64,000 bases of DNA from an uncultured SAR86 cluster bacterium (GCA_902547295.1 CACCNJ010000001.1:18459-82458); one strand, 5' to 3'. Shown: positions 10,093 to 18,176, counted from the first letter of the stretch. Made by a program: numbers and translations. The notes: a model not told the origin generated them from the sequence alone.

Positions 10093-10128
10093 AAGAACTT
10101 TAGTTATTTTTTTAAGACGAATTATGTA

Positions 10129-10911
10129 TTATCTTAAATATTTTCTCATAATCCTATAGGAATTTTTCCAATGTGAATATTTTTTTTGGCTAGGCACTTT
10201 TGATGTAACAGAGCCTTCATTATGATTAACTTTCAATTTAGGTTCAAATATAATTTCACCACCTCTTTTTCTTACCTCATGTGCAATAATAGGCTCTTCA
10301 CCCCATAAAAAAATATCATAATTAAAATTTTTATCATTTTCAAAAAAGAAACCTTTGAATATCATACAAGCGCCATGAGGAATAAATATCTTCATTCTTT
10401 CAATGTTATTTGGAGATTTGTATTTTTTAAGAATTTCTGAAAAGCTTTTCAATATGGATCTTGTAAAAGCAATTATTCTAAAAGAAATATAATTTGAATA
10501 CTCAAAATCATAAATTAATATTCTTAACTTAGACATTTTTGAAACCATATTAGGATTACAATTGTTACCAAGGGAATTAATAATGCTTGGTGCAATTAAA
10601 TCCATTTTATTTATATCTACTTTCTTGATTAAAGTATCAAAAAAATTATATTCAAATACTAAATCTGGGTTACAAAAAATTATAAAATCATCATTAGAAA
10701 ATTCACAGTTATTCAATCCATACTCTAAACCCTTCAAATATCCTAAATTTTTTTTTGGATTTATTATTTTAGTATTTAAAAAACTTTGGCCAACTAATTC
10801 GCCGGAATTATCAACAACCAATGCTTCCCAATCATTCTGATCCTGAATACTTTCAATTAAAGAATCTAAATGAGTTCTTTGATTGAAATTAACAATAATT
10901 AATTTAATCAT
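10129..10911 (-). CDS. Family 2 glycosyltransferase (rhamnosyltransferase-like)
   Basis: N-terminal IIVNFNQ...VVDNSG pattern and a mid-protein acidic motif (NPDLVF) are typical of GT2. Confidence 0.6.
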   Translation of the reverse strand: MIKLIIVNFNQRTHLDSLIESIQDQNDWEALVVDNSGELVGQSFLNTKIINPKKNLGYLKGLEYGLNNCEFSNDDFIIFCNPDLVFEYNFFDTLIKKVDINKMDLIAPSIINSLGNNCNPNMVSKMSKLRILIYDFEYSNYISFRIIAFTRSILKSFSEILKKYKSPNNIERMKIFIPHGACMIFKGFFFENDKNFNYDIFLWGEEPIIAHEVRKRGGEIIFEPKLKVNHNEGSVTSKVPSQKKYSHWKNSYRIMRKYLR

Positions 10912-10934
10912 TCAGCTAATTTTATCCTGCTTAA

Positions 10935-12311
10935 TTAACTATTTAAAAATCGTTTTACTTGCTGAATTATCTGACTAAACAAACCCATGCGTCTTTCCCA
11001 AATCCATTTAAGTGTTTTTATTGATGTTAGTGATTTAAAACTAATGTATATTTCAGCATTATATAAAGAAGAAATAATTCTGATTTTTTTCCATGTGCTT
11101 GGAACGTTGATATGATTATGACTAAACTTATATCTTCCAGATACACCAAGTGTTTGTATACCAAATGGCATTTGAAATGCATATCCTAGAGGCTGAGATA
11201 AAATGATTATGTCTGCTTCATCATTGGAATCATTCTTTCTAAAAGTGCCATTCTGAAAATTGCATTCCCATACCTCATTATCCCAGTCACTTACGGAAAA
11301 TTTTAATGTTCCGAGTTTTAAAAATCTCCAAAAAAAAGAATTAGTTGCACTTTTCCAAACATTTAATTTATTTTCAACAAGTTCTTTTACAGTCTTTCTG
11401 TCTAAAGATTCATAAGAAAAATTATCTTCTTTATCTGACAAATTTTTATTAAAACATTGTTCGCTAACGTTATTTACCTCATCAATATTGACGGGTAAAT
11501 CATTTGGGTTTTCCCACATTAATGATTTAGAATTATATGATTGCAAGCAAAGATTTAAATTTTCATCTGAAAATTTTTTTTGAACCTTCAATGGACTATT
11601 CGCGTATTTATTAATGTGAATATTGTCAGATCTGGCAAATCTAATATAACTCGCGAAAGGTACTGTTAATTTAGCATCTAATTCTTTGTGGTGATCTACC
11701 ATCTTATTTAAAACATTAATAGAATCACTCTCTAAATCTGTTTCAATCCCAGTTGAGCCAGCAATCGAGAACTGATTATAAATTACATTGGGATTACCAA
11801 GATGTTTGGTTATTAATGAAGTGTCCTTATGATTAAGTTCTGTATCATTGATATTTAAAAGCCAAAAATTGTCATCTATGAAGACTGCAAGAGAGGAGTC
11901 AAGTTGTCTATGTGCATAGCATGCTAGCTTGATTCTGTTTGTAACTTTTATAATTTTCATATGAGGCATTTCAACAAAATTTTCGTAGCCAAGCCTACGA
12001 AGAGCCTCAAAAACCTTCATACTGTTATTTTTTTGAAAATAAATTGAAACCTTTTTTGTTAAATTTTCTGACAGCCACTTTAGAGTTGGGAAATGAAGAT
12101 GATCAGGATGTTCATGAGATATCCATATGATATCAACATCAGAAATAGATTTCTTTATAGCATCTAAATTCGGCCTTGGATCAAGCTCCCAACCATCATT
12201 AAAAGCTGTACCAAAAAACCACGGATCCGTTAAAATTTTAGTATTATCGCTTTCTATAAGAATGCTTGCATGAGATATTAATGATATCTTTGAATAATTA
12301 TTTCCACTCAT
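10935..12311 (-). CDS. Metallo-beta-lactamase-fold protein with an uncharacterised C-terminal half of about 250 aa
   Basis: HxHxDH zinc motif WISHEHPDH in the N-terminal roughly 200 aa. No motif was recognised in the remainder. Confidence 0.55.
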   Translation of the reverse strand: MSGNNYSKISLISHASILIESDNTKILTDPWFFGTAFNDGWELDPRPNLDAIKKSISDVDIIWISHEHPDHLHFPTLKWLSENLTKKVSIYFQKNNSMKVFEALRRLGYENFVEMPHMKIIKVTNRIKLACYAHRQLDSSLAVFIDDNFWLLNINDTELNHKDTSLITKHLGNPNVIYNQFSIAGSTGIETDLESDSINVLNKMVDHHKELDAKLTVPFASYIRFARSDNIHINKYANSPLKVQKKFSDENLNLCLQSYNSKSLMWENPNDLPVNIDEVNNVSEQCFNKNLSDKEDNFSYESLDRKTVKELVENKLNVWKSATNSFFWRFLKLGTLKFSVSDWDNEVWECNFQNGTFRKNDSNDEADIIILSQPLGYAFQMPFGIQTLGVSGRYKFSHNHINVPSTWKKIRIISSLYNAEIYISFKSLTSIKTLKWIWERRMGLFSQIIQQVKRFLNS

Positions 12312-12375
12312 AAAACTTGCTCCAGCATTTAAGAAATGAGTTAATTAGCAACTAGTATACAGCGCTTGCATAACT

Positions 12376-12482
12376 ATTCCCACTCAATAGTTGCACAAAA
12401 CACCACCTCTGAAACCCTTACTATGACAGTGTTTCCGAGTGCCCTTTTTGTGTAATACCACTTTGTCAAACTTTTATAACTC
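12376..12482 (-). repeat. Copy A of the roughly 106-bp guaA-end repeat (reads ...ATIEWE-TAG on the minus strand)
   Basis: Contains TTCCCACTCAATAGTTGCA, 19/19 identical to guaA 14526-14544. It aligns with 13109-13215 over its full length apart from a 17-bp variable block. Confidence 0.9.
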
Positions 12483-12496
12483 TATTGAATTTTTAT

Positions 12497-13105
12497 TCAT
12501 TTTAAACTTCTTGCAAATTTTCTTACTTTTTGCATATGCTTTTCAAAGTCACTTTTTTCCATATTTGGAAGGACTGAATAGAATCTTAAATATTTTATCT
12601 TTAGTCCACCTGATTGAAATACAGACTTCTTTAGTCTCCTATAGGGAATATTATCGAAAAGAGAAAAATTAAAATAACTTACCATCGGTCCTCCATAAGT
12701 CATTGAAACAATACCAATTTTATTTTTCATTGCTCCAGCAACAGGATATCCATAATTCCCAAAAAACTTGCTATCAGGTAATAACGATTTGTAAGAAAAA
12801 AACCATGTTGGATGAAGAACCCAGTCAATCCAATTTTCTAGGACACCACTCATTCTTAAATTATGACAAGCACTCATTAAAAACATAACATCAGCATCTT
12901 CAAGTCTATTTCTATAATCTGTTACTAACTTTGGAGGTGGATTTATATCACTTCTATAAAATGGTAATTGTTCTTCTTCATCAAATAAATTAATCAAATC
13001 TATTTCATGTCCAATTTTTTTTGCTTCATCAATAAAGGCATCTCTCACGGATGCATTAAATGAATCTTTAGTATTGTAATGACCGAAAACTATACAAATT
13101 TTCAT
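12497..13105 (-). CDS. Flavodoxin-like fold NAD(P)H dehydrogenase (quinone), Flavodoxin_2/MdaB/KefF-like
   Basis: MKICIVFGH start, DADVMFLMSACHNLRMSGVLENWIDWV block, 202 aa. Its ATG lies 1 nt after the pseudo-stop of repeat B. Confidence 0.7.
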   Translation of the reverse strand: MKICIVFGHYNTKDSFNASVRDAFIDEAKKIGHEIDLINLFDEEEQLPFYRSDINPPPKLVTDYRNRLEDADVMFLMSACHNLRMSGVLENWIDWVLHPTWFFSYKSLLPDSKFFGNYGYPVAGAMKNKIGIVSMTYGGPMVSYFNFSLFDNIPYRRLKKSVFQSGGLKIKYLRFYSVLPNMEKSDFEKHMQKVRKFARSLK

Positions 13106-13108
13106 CTT

Positions 13109-13215
13109 ATTCCCACTCTATAGTTGCACAAAACACCACCTCTGAAACCCCTACTATGACTGTGTTTCTGAGTGCTATTTCTTGATTTATAGACTTTGTC
13201 AAACTTTTATAACTC
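13109..13215 (-). repeat. Copy B of the roughly 106-bp guaA-end repeat (reads ...ATIEWE-TAA)
   Basis: TTCCCACTCTATAGTTGCACAAAACACCACCTCTGAAACCC...ACTTTGTCAAACTTTTATAACTC. Its single core substitution is synonymous (ATT to ATA). Confidence 0.9.
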
Positions 13216-13222
13216 AAAATTT

Positions 13223-13435
13223 TTATTTCCTAAGTCTTTTGGATAGTTTAGGAGCATAAATATTTATACCCAAATAATTTCTTACAAAGTTTTGTCCGAT
13301 AATATAAGTTATACCAATTATTAAAATCCACCAAGAAATATCTTCTCTTACACAAAAATATATAAGTACACTGATGGCAACAAAATCAGCAATATTCATA
13401 AAAGCATCAATCCAAAAATATTTACTCTTACTCAT
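13223..13435 (-). CDS. Small (70 aa) predicted two-TM membrane protein, function unknown
   Basis: MSKSKYFWIDAFMNIADFVAISVLIYFCV...WWILIIGITYIIGQNF. I moved the start from the track position 13486 to ATG 13435, because the upstream 17 codons read through repeat C. Confidence 0.4.
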   Translation of the reverse strand: MSKSKYFWIDAFMNIADFVAISVLIYFCVREDISWWILIIGITYIIGQNFVRNYLGINIYAPKLSKRLRK

Positions 13436-13439
13436 TTTG

Positions 13440-13520
13440 TCACTCCCACTCAATAGTAGAACACCTCTGAAACCCCTTATTTGCAAGGTTCTGTAAATGG
13501 TGTGTCACATTTGTGTCATA
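13440..13520 (-). repeat. Copy C, a divergent guaA-end repeat (reads ...STIEWE-TGA)
   Basis: CTCCCACTCAATAGT core (14/15 match to guaA) plus CACCTCTGAAACCCC shared with copies A and B. It is followed by a TGTGTCACATTTGTGTCA motif. Confidence 0.8.
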
Positions 13521-13528
13521 TGAATTAT

Positions 13529-14380
13529 TCATTTTTTAATTTGTTTGTTTACCAACTTCATTTTTTCAAGATTTAAACCTTTTATATTCACTAAATTGCT
13601 AAAAATTGTTGCGAATAGTCGAATAGAATAATTTTCAACTTCATCAAGAAGGAAACTATATTCGGGATGAAGTTCAAAAAATAAAAACTGATCAAATTTT
13701 TCCATAGCAACTCTTGAAGAATTTTCTTTAACTCTATCACCAAAAGTATTTGCCTTTCCTACATAAATTTGATCATCATCTTTATTATTTAAGATGTATA
13801 TAACATTTGCTCTTGAAGAATATCTTTTCAGTTCTTTTTTAGGTATCCACCTATCAGAATAATCAATGAACAATTTGTCTTTCTTTTTAGATTTATTTTG
13901 GTCCTCATAGAATGCAAATAAATTTTTATCTTCTAAAAAATAAAACATCTGATCAAAATCTGTCTCTTGTTTAGAGATTACCTTGACTCTGAAGATGTTA
14001 TCTTTTTGATGAATAAACTCTAAAAGTTCTTTGAGTTTTGGTTTTGCTTTATTTCTTGTTGAAGCATAACTGTATATCATCAATTTTCTTATCTCTTTCA
14101 GAGTTTCTAATTCTCTGTCATAAAAAATTTGGACAACTTCTCTTTCTGGATATATTGTTTTCGATCTATTTTTTATTTTTCCCTTGTTGTTTATTCGTGC
14201 AATTCTTATTTTTGCTTTACGTTTTTTTCCATTTATTAATAAGATAATTTCTTTGAATTTTGTTTTTTCATTTAAATTAAAAAATTTTATATATTCTGAG
14301 TAAACTGCTTTTTGTAAAGTAAATCCCCAATGGAAAAAGTAATACCCAGGAACAACATAAAAAGAACTCAGTTTATTCAT
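13529..14380 (-). CDS. GIY-YIG nuclease-domain protein (C-terminal catalytic domain, uncharacterised basic N-terminal domain)
   Basis: The C-terminal NVIYILNNKDDDQIYVGKANTFGDRV fits GIY-x(9-11)-Y[IV]G-x(6-8)-R. The downstream LLDEVENYSIRLF supplies candidate catalytic Glu and Asn residues. Confidence 0.6.
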   Translation of the reverse strand: MNKLSSFYVVPGYYFFHWGFTLQKAVYSEYIKFFNLNEKTKFKEIILLINGKKRKAKIRIARINNKGKIKNRSKTIYPEREVVQIFYDRELETLKEIRKLMIYSYASTRNKAKPKLKELLEFIHQKDNIFRVKVISKQETDFDQMFYFLEDKNLFAFYEDQNKSKKKDKLFIDYSDRWIPKKELKRYSSRANVIYILNNKDDDQIYVGKANTFGDRVKENSSRVAMEKFDQFLFFELHPEYSFLLDEVENYSIRLFATIFSNLVNIKGLNLEKMKLVNKQIKK

Positions 14381-14522
14381 TCAATTATTATGCCATGCAC
14401 TTATGACTTTCAATAGTTCTTAAAGTGTGTCAGATTTGTATTTGTAAGATTTGGAAACCTGCATTCCTACATTGAAGTGACAAATTGTGTCACGCGTAAA
14501 CTACTGATATAAGGTAATTATT

Positions 14523-16088
14523 TCATTCCCACTCAATAGTTGCAGGAGGTTTGCTTGAGATATCATACACGACCCTGCTGACTCCCTCTATCTCATTTAC
14601 AATTCGATTCGATACATTTTCTAAAAAATCATATGGTAGATGTGCCCATTTTGCTGTCATAAAGTCTACTGTTTCAACAGCTCTTAAAGCAATCACTTCA
14701 GCATATCTTCTTTCATCTCCAACCACACCAACAGATTTAACAGGAAGTAAGACTGCAAATGCTTGGCTAATTTTTTCATATAATTCTGCTTTAATAAGTT
14801 CCTCAATAAAAATATTATCTGCTTGTTGTAAGATTGATATCTTTTCCTTTGTAATCTCACCAATAATTCTTACTCCTAATCCAGGCCCTGGAAAAGGATG
14901 TCTCTCAAGCATTTCTTTTGGAATTCCTAGCTCAATTCCGAGTCTCCTTACCTCATCTTTAAATAAATCTCTTAGGGGCTCGATTAGATCTAATTTCATT
15001 TCTTCAGGAAGTCCGCCAACATTATGGTGAGACTTAATAACTCTCGCTTCATTTGATTCAGAGCCTGACGACTCTATGACGTCTGGATAAATAGTTCCTT
15101 GAGCTAAAAACTTTATATCTTTTAATTTTATAGCTTCTGCATCAAAAACATCTATGAAAGATCTCCCTATAATTTTTCTTTTTTGCTCAGGATCATCAAT
15201 ATTTTCAAGGTGTCTTATAAATAAATCTTTGCTATCAGATTTGATAACATTTAAATTCATGTTTTCTTTAAACGTTTGCATAACTTGGTCGCTTTCACCC
15301 TTTCTTAATAATCCGTTATCAACAAAAACACATGTTAAATTCTTTCCAATAGCTTTATGTAACAATACAGCGGTCACTGAGGAATCAACTCCACCAGAAA
15401 GACCAAGCAGAACTTTATTATTGCCTACTTTAGATTTAATATCTTCAATTCTTGAAGATATTAAATTATCCATCTTCCAATCGTTACATGCGGCACAAAT
15501 ATTGAAGATAAAATTCTTGAGTATCAATAATCCATTTTCTGTGTGCGTAACTTCTGGGTGAAATTGAATAGCATAAATTGGTAAATTTTTATGCTGCATT
15601 GCTGCAATTGGTGCAGTGGAGGTTAATGCTGTTAATTCATATTCGTCAGGTAAGTCTTGAACTTGATCACCATGACTCATCCATACGTTAATTTTTCTAT
15701 TTAAATTTTTGAATAATAATGAGTCTGAAACTATTTCAAGCTCAGCATGTCCAAACTCTTTTTTGTCTGCAGATATAACATGACCACCCATTTGCTCTGC
15801 TAAAGTTTGCATTCCATAGCAAATCCCAAGAAGCGGGATATTTAAATCAAAAATTACTTGAGGCACCCTTGGAGTATAGCTGTCTGTTACTGAGTTTGGG
15901 CCTCCAGAAAGAATAACGCCCTTAGGATTAAGTTTAATTATTTTTTCTTCATCAATATCCCATGGGAGGATTTCTGAATAAACATCAAGTTCTCTTACAC
16001 GTCTTGCAATTAACTGAGTATATTGGGACCCAAAATCTAAAACTAAAATAGTATCTATAGTTTTGTTGTCAACTGATAAATCACTCAT
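14523..16088 (-). CDS. guaA: GMP synthase (glutamine-hydrolysing)
   Basis: [56 protein letters not shown], and a C-terminus [13 protein letters not shown] nearly identical to E. coli GuaA. Confidence 0.97.
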   Translation of the reverse strand: MSDLSVDNKTIDTILVLDFGSQYTQLIARRVRELDVYSEILPWDIDEEKIIKLNPKGVILSGGPNSVTDSYTPRVPQVIFDLNIPLLGICYGMQTLAEQMGGHVISADKKEFGHAELEIVSDSLLFKNLNRKINVWMSHGDQVQDLPDEYELTALTSTAPIAAMQHKNLPIYAIQFHPEVTHTENGLLILKNFIFNICAACNDWKMDNLISSRIEDIKSKVGNNKVLLGLSGGVDSSVTAVLLHKAIGKNLTCVFVDNGLLRKGESDQVMQTFKENMNLNVIKSDSKDLFIRHLENIDDPEQKRKIIGRSFIDVFDAEAIKLKDIKFLAQGTIYPDVIESSGSESNEARVIKSHHNVGGLPEEMKLDLIEPLRDLFKDEVRRLGIELGIPKEMLERHPFPGPGLGVRIIGEITKEKISILQQADNIFIEELIKAELYEKISQAFAVLLPVKSVGVVGDERRYAEVIALRAVETVDFMTAKWAHLPYDFLENVSNRIVNEIEGVSRVVYDISSKPPATIEWE

Positions 16089-16094
16089 TAATTA

Positions 16095-17558
16095 TTAGCT
16101 TCTTTGATAATTAGGAGCCTCTTTTGTAATCATCACATCATGTACATGGCTTTCAGTCATTCCAGCATTAGTTATTTCAATAAATTGACTGTCTAGCTGC
16201 ATAGATTTGATATCTTTACAGCCTACATATCCCATACTTTGTCTTAAGCCACCCTCGAGTTGATTTATTACATTTATAACTAATCCTTTATAAGGCACCC
16301 TTCCCTCAATGCCTTCTGGAACTAATTTATCTGATTGAATATCCTCTTGGAGATACCTATTGGCGTCATTTCTTTCTGTCATTGCACCAATAGATCCCAT
16401 TCCCCTATAAGTCTTGAAACTCCTTCCTTGAAAAAGTTCAACTTTACCAGGCGCTTCTTCAGTTCCAGCAAATAAACTTCCAAGCATAACTGAATCAGCT
16501 CCAGCAGATATTGCCTTTGCGATATCACCTGAAAATCTTATACCACCATCTGCAATAATTTTAACGTTATTTTTTTTAAGTGCTTCTTTTATTTCTAGAA
16601 TAGCTGTTATCTGTGGAACTCCGATGCCTGCAATAATTCTAGTAGTACAAATTGATCCTGGACCCATTCCAACTTTAACAGCGTTAACTCCAGCTTTTGC
16701 TAATTCCACTGCAGCGTCAGCAGTTGCTATATTCCCTCCAATAATTTCAATATCTTCAAATGAATTTTTTATGGTTTTTATAGTCTTTAAAACATTTTTA
16801 GAATGGCCATGCGCACTATCAATTACAAAAACATCGACTCCGGCATCAAAAAGCGCCTCGGCTCTTTCTAGTGTATTTTGTTCTGTACCTATTGCAGCAG
16901 CGACTCTTAGTCTTCCAGAATCATCTTTAGTTGCATTTGGATGTTGCGCAGATTTTTCGATATCTTTCATTGTGACAAGCCCTGATAAATTTTTGTTTTC
17001 ATCTAGAACTAAAACTTTTTCAATTCTATTTTTATACATTAATTGCATAACATCTTCTTGAGAAAAACCTTCATTAACAGTAACTAGTTTCTCAAAAGGC
17101 GTCATAATTGTTGAAACATTAGAATCCATATTTTCTGCATATCTAAAATCTCTCCCCGTAACAATTCCTTTTAATTGTCCATTATCGACTACAGGCATTC
17201 CCGAAATGCTAAGTTCATTTGTAAGATTTTTTAACTCTTCAATTGAATTTGTTGAACTAATTGTTACAGGGTCACGAACAATTCCACTTTCATATTTTTT
17301 AACTGTTTTTACTTCACTAGCCTGTTTTTCAATTGAGTTATTTTTATGTATAACACCAATTCCTCCAGCTTCAGCAAGTGATATAGCCATTTTTGATTCG
17401 GTCACTGTATCCATGGCAGCTGATAATAGAGGCATCTTTAAAGTGATATTCTCTGTTAGATTAGATGATATGTCTGCTTCACTTGGAAGAAAGTCGCTAT
17501 AACGGGGAAGAAGTAGAACGTCATCGAATGTTAACGCTTTATGTTTTAATTTATCCAT
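16095..17558 (-). CDS. guaB: IMP dehydrogenase
   Basis: LTFDDVLLLP, tandem CBS region, catalytic loop VGMGPGSICTTR, GGIRFSGDIAKA. It lies 6 nt upstream of guaA. Confidence 0.97.
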   Translation of the reverse strand: MDKLKHKALTFDDVLLLPRYSDFLPSEADISSNLTENITLKMPLLSAAMDTVTESKMAISLAEAGGIGVIHKNNSIEKQASEVKTVKKYESGIVRDPVTISSTNSIEELKNLTNELSISGMPVVDNGQLKGIVTGRDFRYAENMDSNVSTIMTPFEKLVTVNEGFSQEDVMQLMYKNRIEKVLVLDENKNLSGLVTMKDIEKSAQHPNATKDDSGRLRVAAAIGTEQNTLERAEALFDAGVDVFVIDSAHGHSKNVLKTIKTIKNSFEDIEIIGGNIATADAAVELAKAGVNAVKVGMGPGSICTTRIIAGIGVPQITAILEIKEALKKNNVKIIADGGIRFSGDIAKAISAGADSVMLGSLFAGTEEAPGKVELFQGRSFKTYRGMGSIGAMTERNDANRYLQEDIQSDKLVPEGIEGRVPYKGLVINVINQLEGGLRQSMGYVGCKDIKSMQLDSQFIEITNAGMTESHVHDVMITKEAPNYQRS

Positions 17559-17612
17559 ATCAGATTATATCCAAACCCGTTAAGAAAAAAAAGGTAACAG
17601 ATGATTTGAAAA

Positions 17613-18176
17613 CTAAACTTTATTTTTAATATTTGAAATTAAATCCTTTAATTCAGGTTTATTTATTTCAATCTCTTCAATAGAAAGGCCGTCAAGTTCA
17701 TGAGGAAATACAAGCCATTTATTAGTCTCATGAAGATAATAATCAGGAACATTATCAGTAAGATTTTTTTCAGGTTTAAAGTAAGGTGTAGCAACTCTTA
17801 TTTCAGGAGTATTTTTTTTACAAGCAGATCTTAGATCGCTGATTATTTGTTGAATTGAGTGTCCAGTATCATGAACATCATCCACAATTAGCAATCTATC
17901 TTCAGATTCTAGCTGCCTAATAACATAATTCAGACCATATACCTGAACACTTTCTTTCTTTTCATCTATACCAGAATAATACGAAGTTCTAATTGCAACA
18001 TGGTCAGATTGAATTCCAAGATAACTAAGGAATTCTTGTACAGCTATTCCGATTGGAGCCCCACCACGCCAAACTCCAACAATATAATTTGGTTCATAAC
18101 CACTTTTAAAAACGTTCCAAGCTAGCTGGAAAGAATCTTTTAGCAAATCCTCTGATTTTATAAATAATTTATCCAT
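17613..18176 (-). CDS. Purine phosphoribosyltransferase family protein (xanthine/guanine/hypoxanthine PRT-like)
   Basis: PRPP motif LLIVDDVHDTGHS, 187 aa, adjacent to guaBA. Confidence 0.7.
   Translation of the reverse strand: MDKLFIKSEDLLKDSFQLAWNVFKSGYEPNYIVGVWRGGAPIGIAVQEFLSYLGIQSDHVAIRTSYYSGIDEKKESVQVYGLNYVIRQLESEDRLLIVDDVHDTGHSIQQIISDLRSACKKNTPEIRVATPYFKPEKNLTDNVPDYYLHETNKWLVFPHELDGLSIEEIEINKPELKDLISNIKNKV

Larger units (their letters stand above)
12376..14522 (-). mobile_element. Putative array of three integrated single-gene cassettes at the guaA 3' end (no recombinase in the window)
   Basis: Four co-oriented copies of the guaA terminal core bound three one-gene segments of 1083, 333 and 733 bp. 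Confidence 0.45.

Noticed and set aside
12439..12672. A plus-strand 77-aa ORF spanning part of repeat A and running antisense to the flavodoxin-like gene.
   Set aside because: There is no RBS or motif. It overlaps a well-supported minus-strand gene, and it starts with a non-ATG codon inside a repeat.
13436..13486. The N-terminal extension (MQIRGFRGVLLLSGSDK) of the 87-aa track ORF.
   Set aside because: These codons read through repeat C and its TIEWE-stop core in another frame. ATG 13435, 4 nt after the pseudo-stop and mirroring the arrangement of the next cassette, is the more plausible start.
12376..13520. Whether the three guaA-end repeats represent a CRISPR array or a classical integron cassette array.
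   Set aside because: It is not a CRISPR array. The spacing is irregular (333, 733 and 1083 bp), the intervening segments are full genes, and the repeats are about 80-106 bp and imperfect. It is not a classical integron either. No intI or attI is present in the window, and I could not find the attC R''/R' consensus (RYYYAAC...GTTRRRY) at the repeat ends. The cassette-like logic is retained as a finding, without calling it an integron.
14551..17502. Long antisense ORFs inside guaA and guaB (14551-15030, 15154-15561, 16624-17061, 17206-17502). Similar antisense ORFs occur inside most large genes, for example 6865-7245, 8576-8872, 21228-21659 and 45621-45911.
   Set aside because: They lie opposite strongly conserved, unambiguously identified genes. 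Their low-complexity Ser/Leu/Ile-rich translations carry no motifs. They are the usual mirror-frame artefacts.
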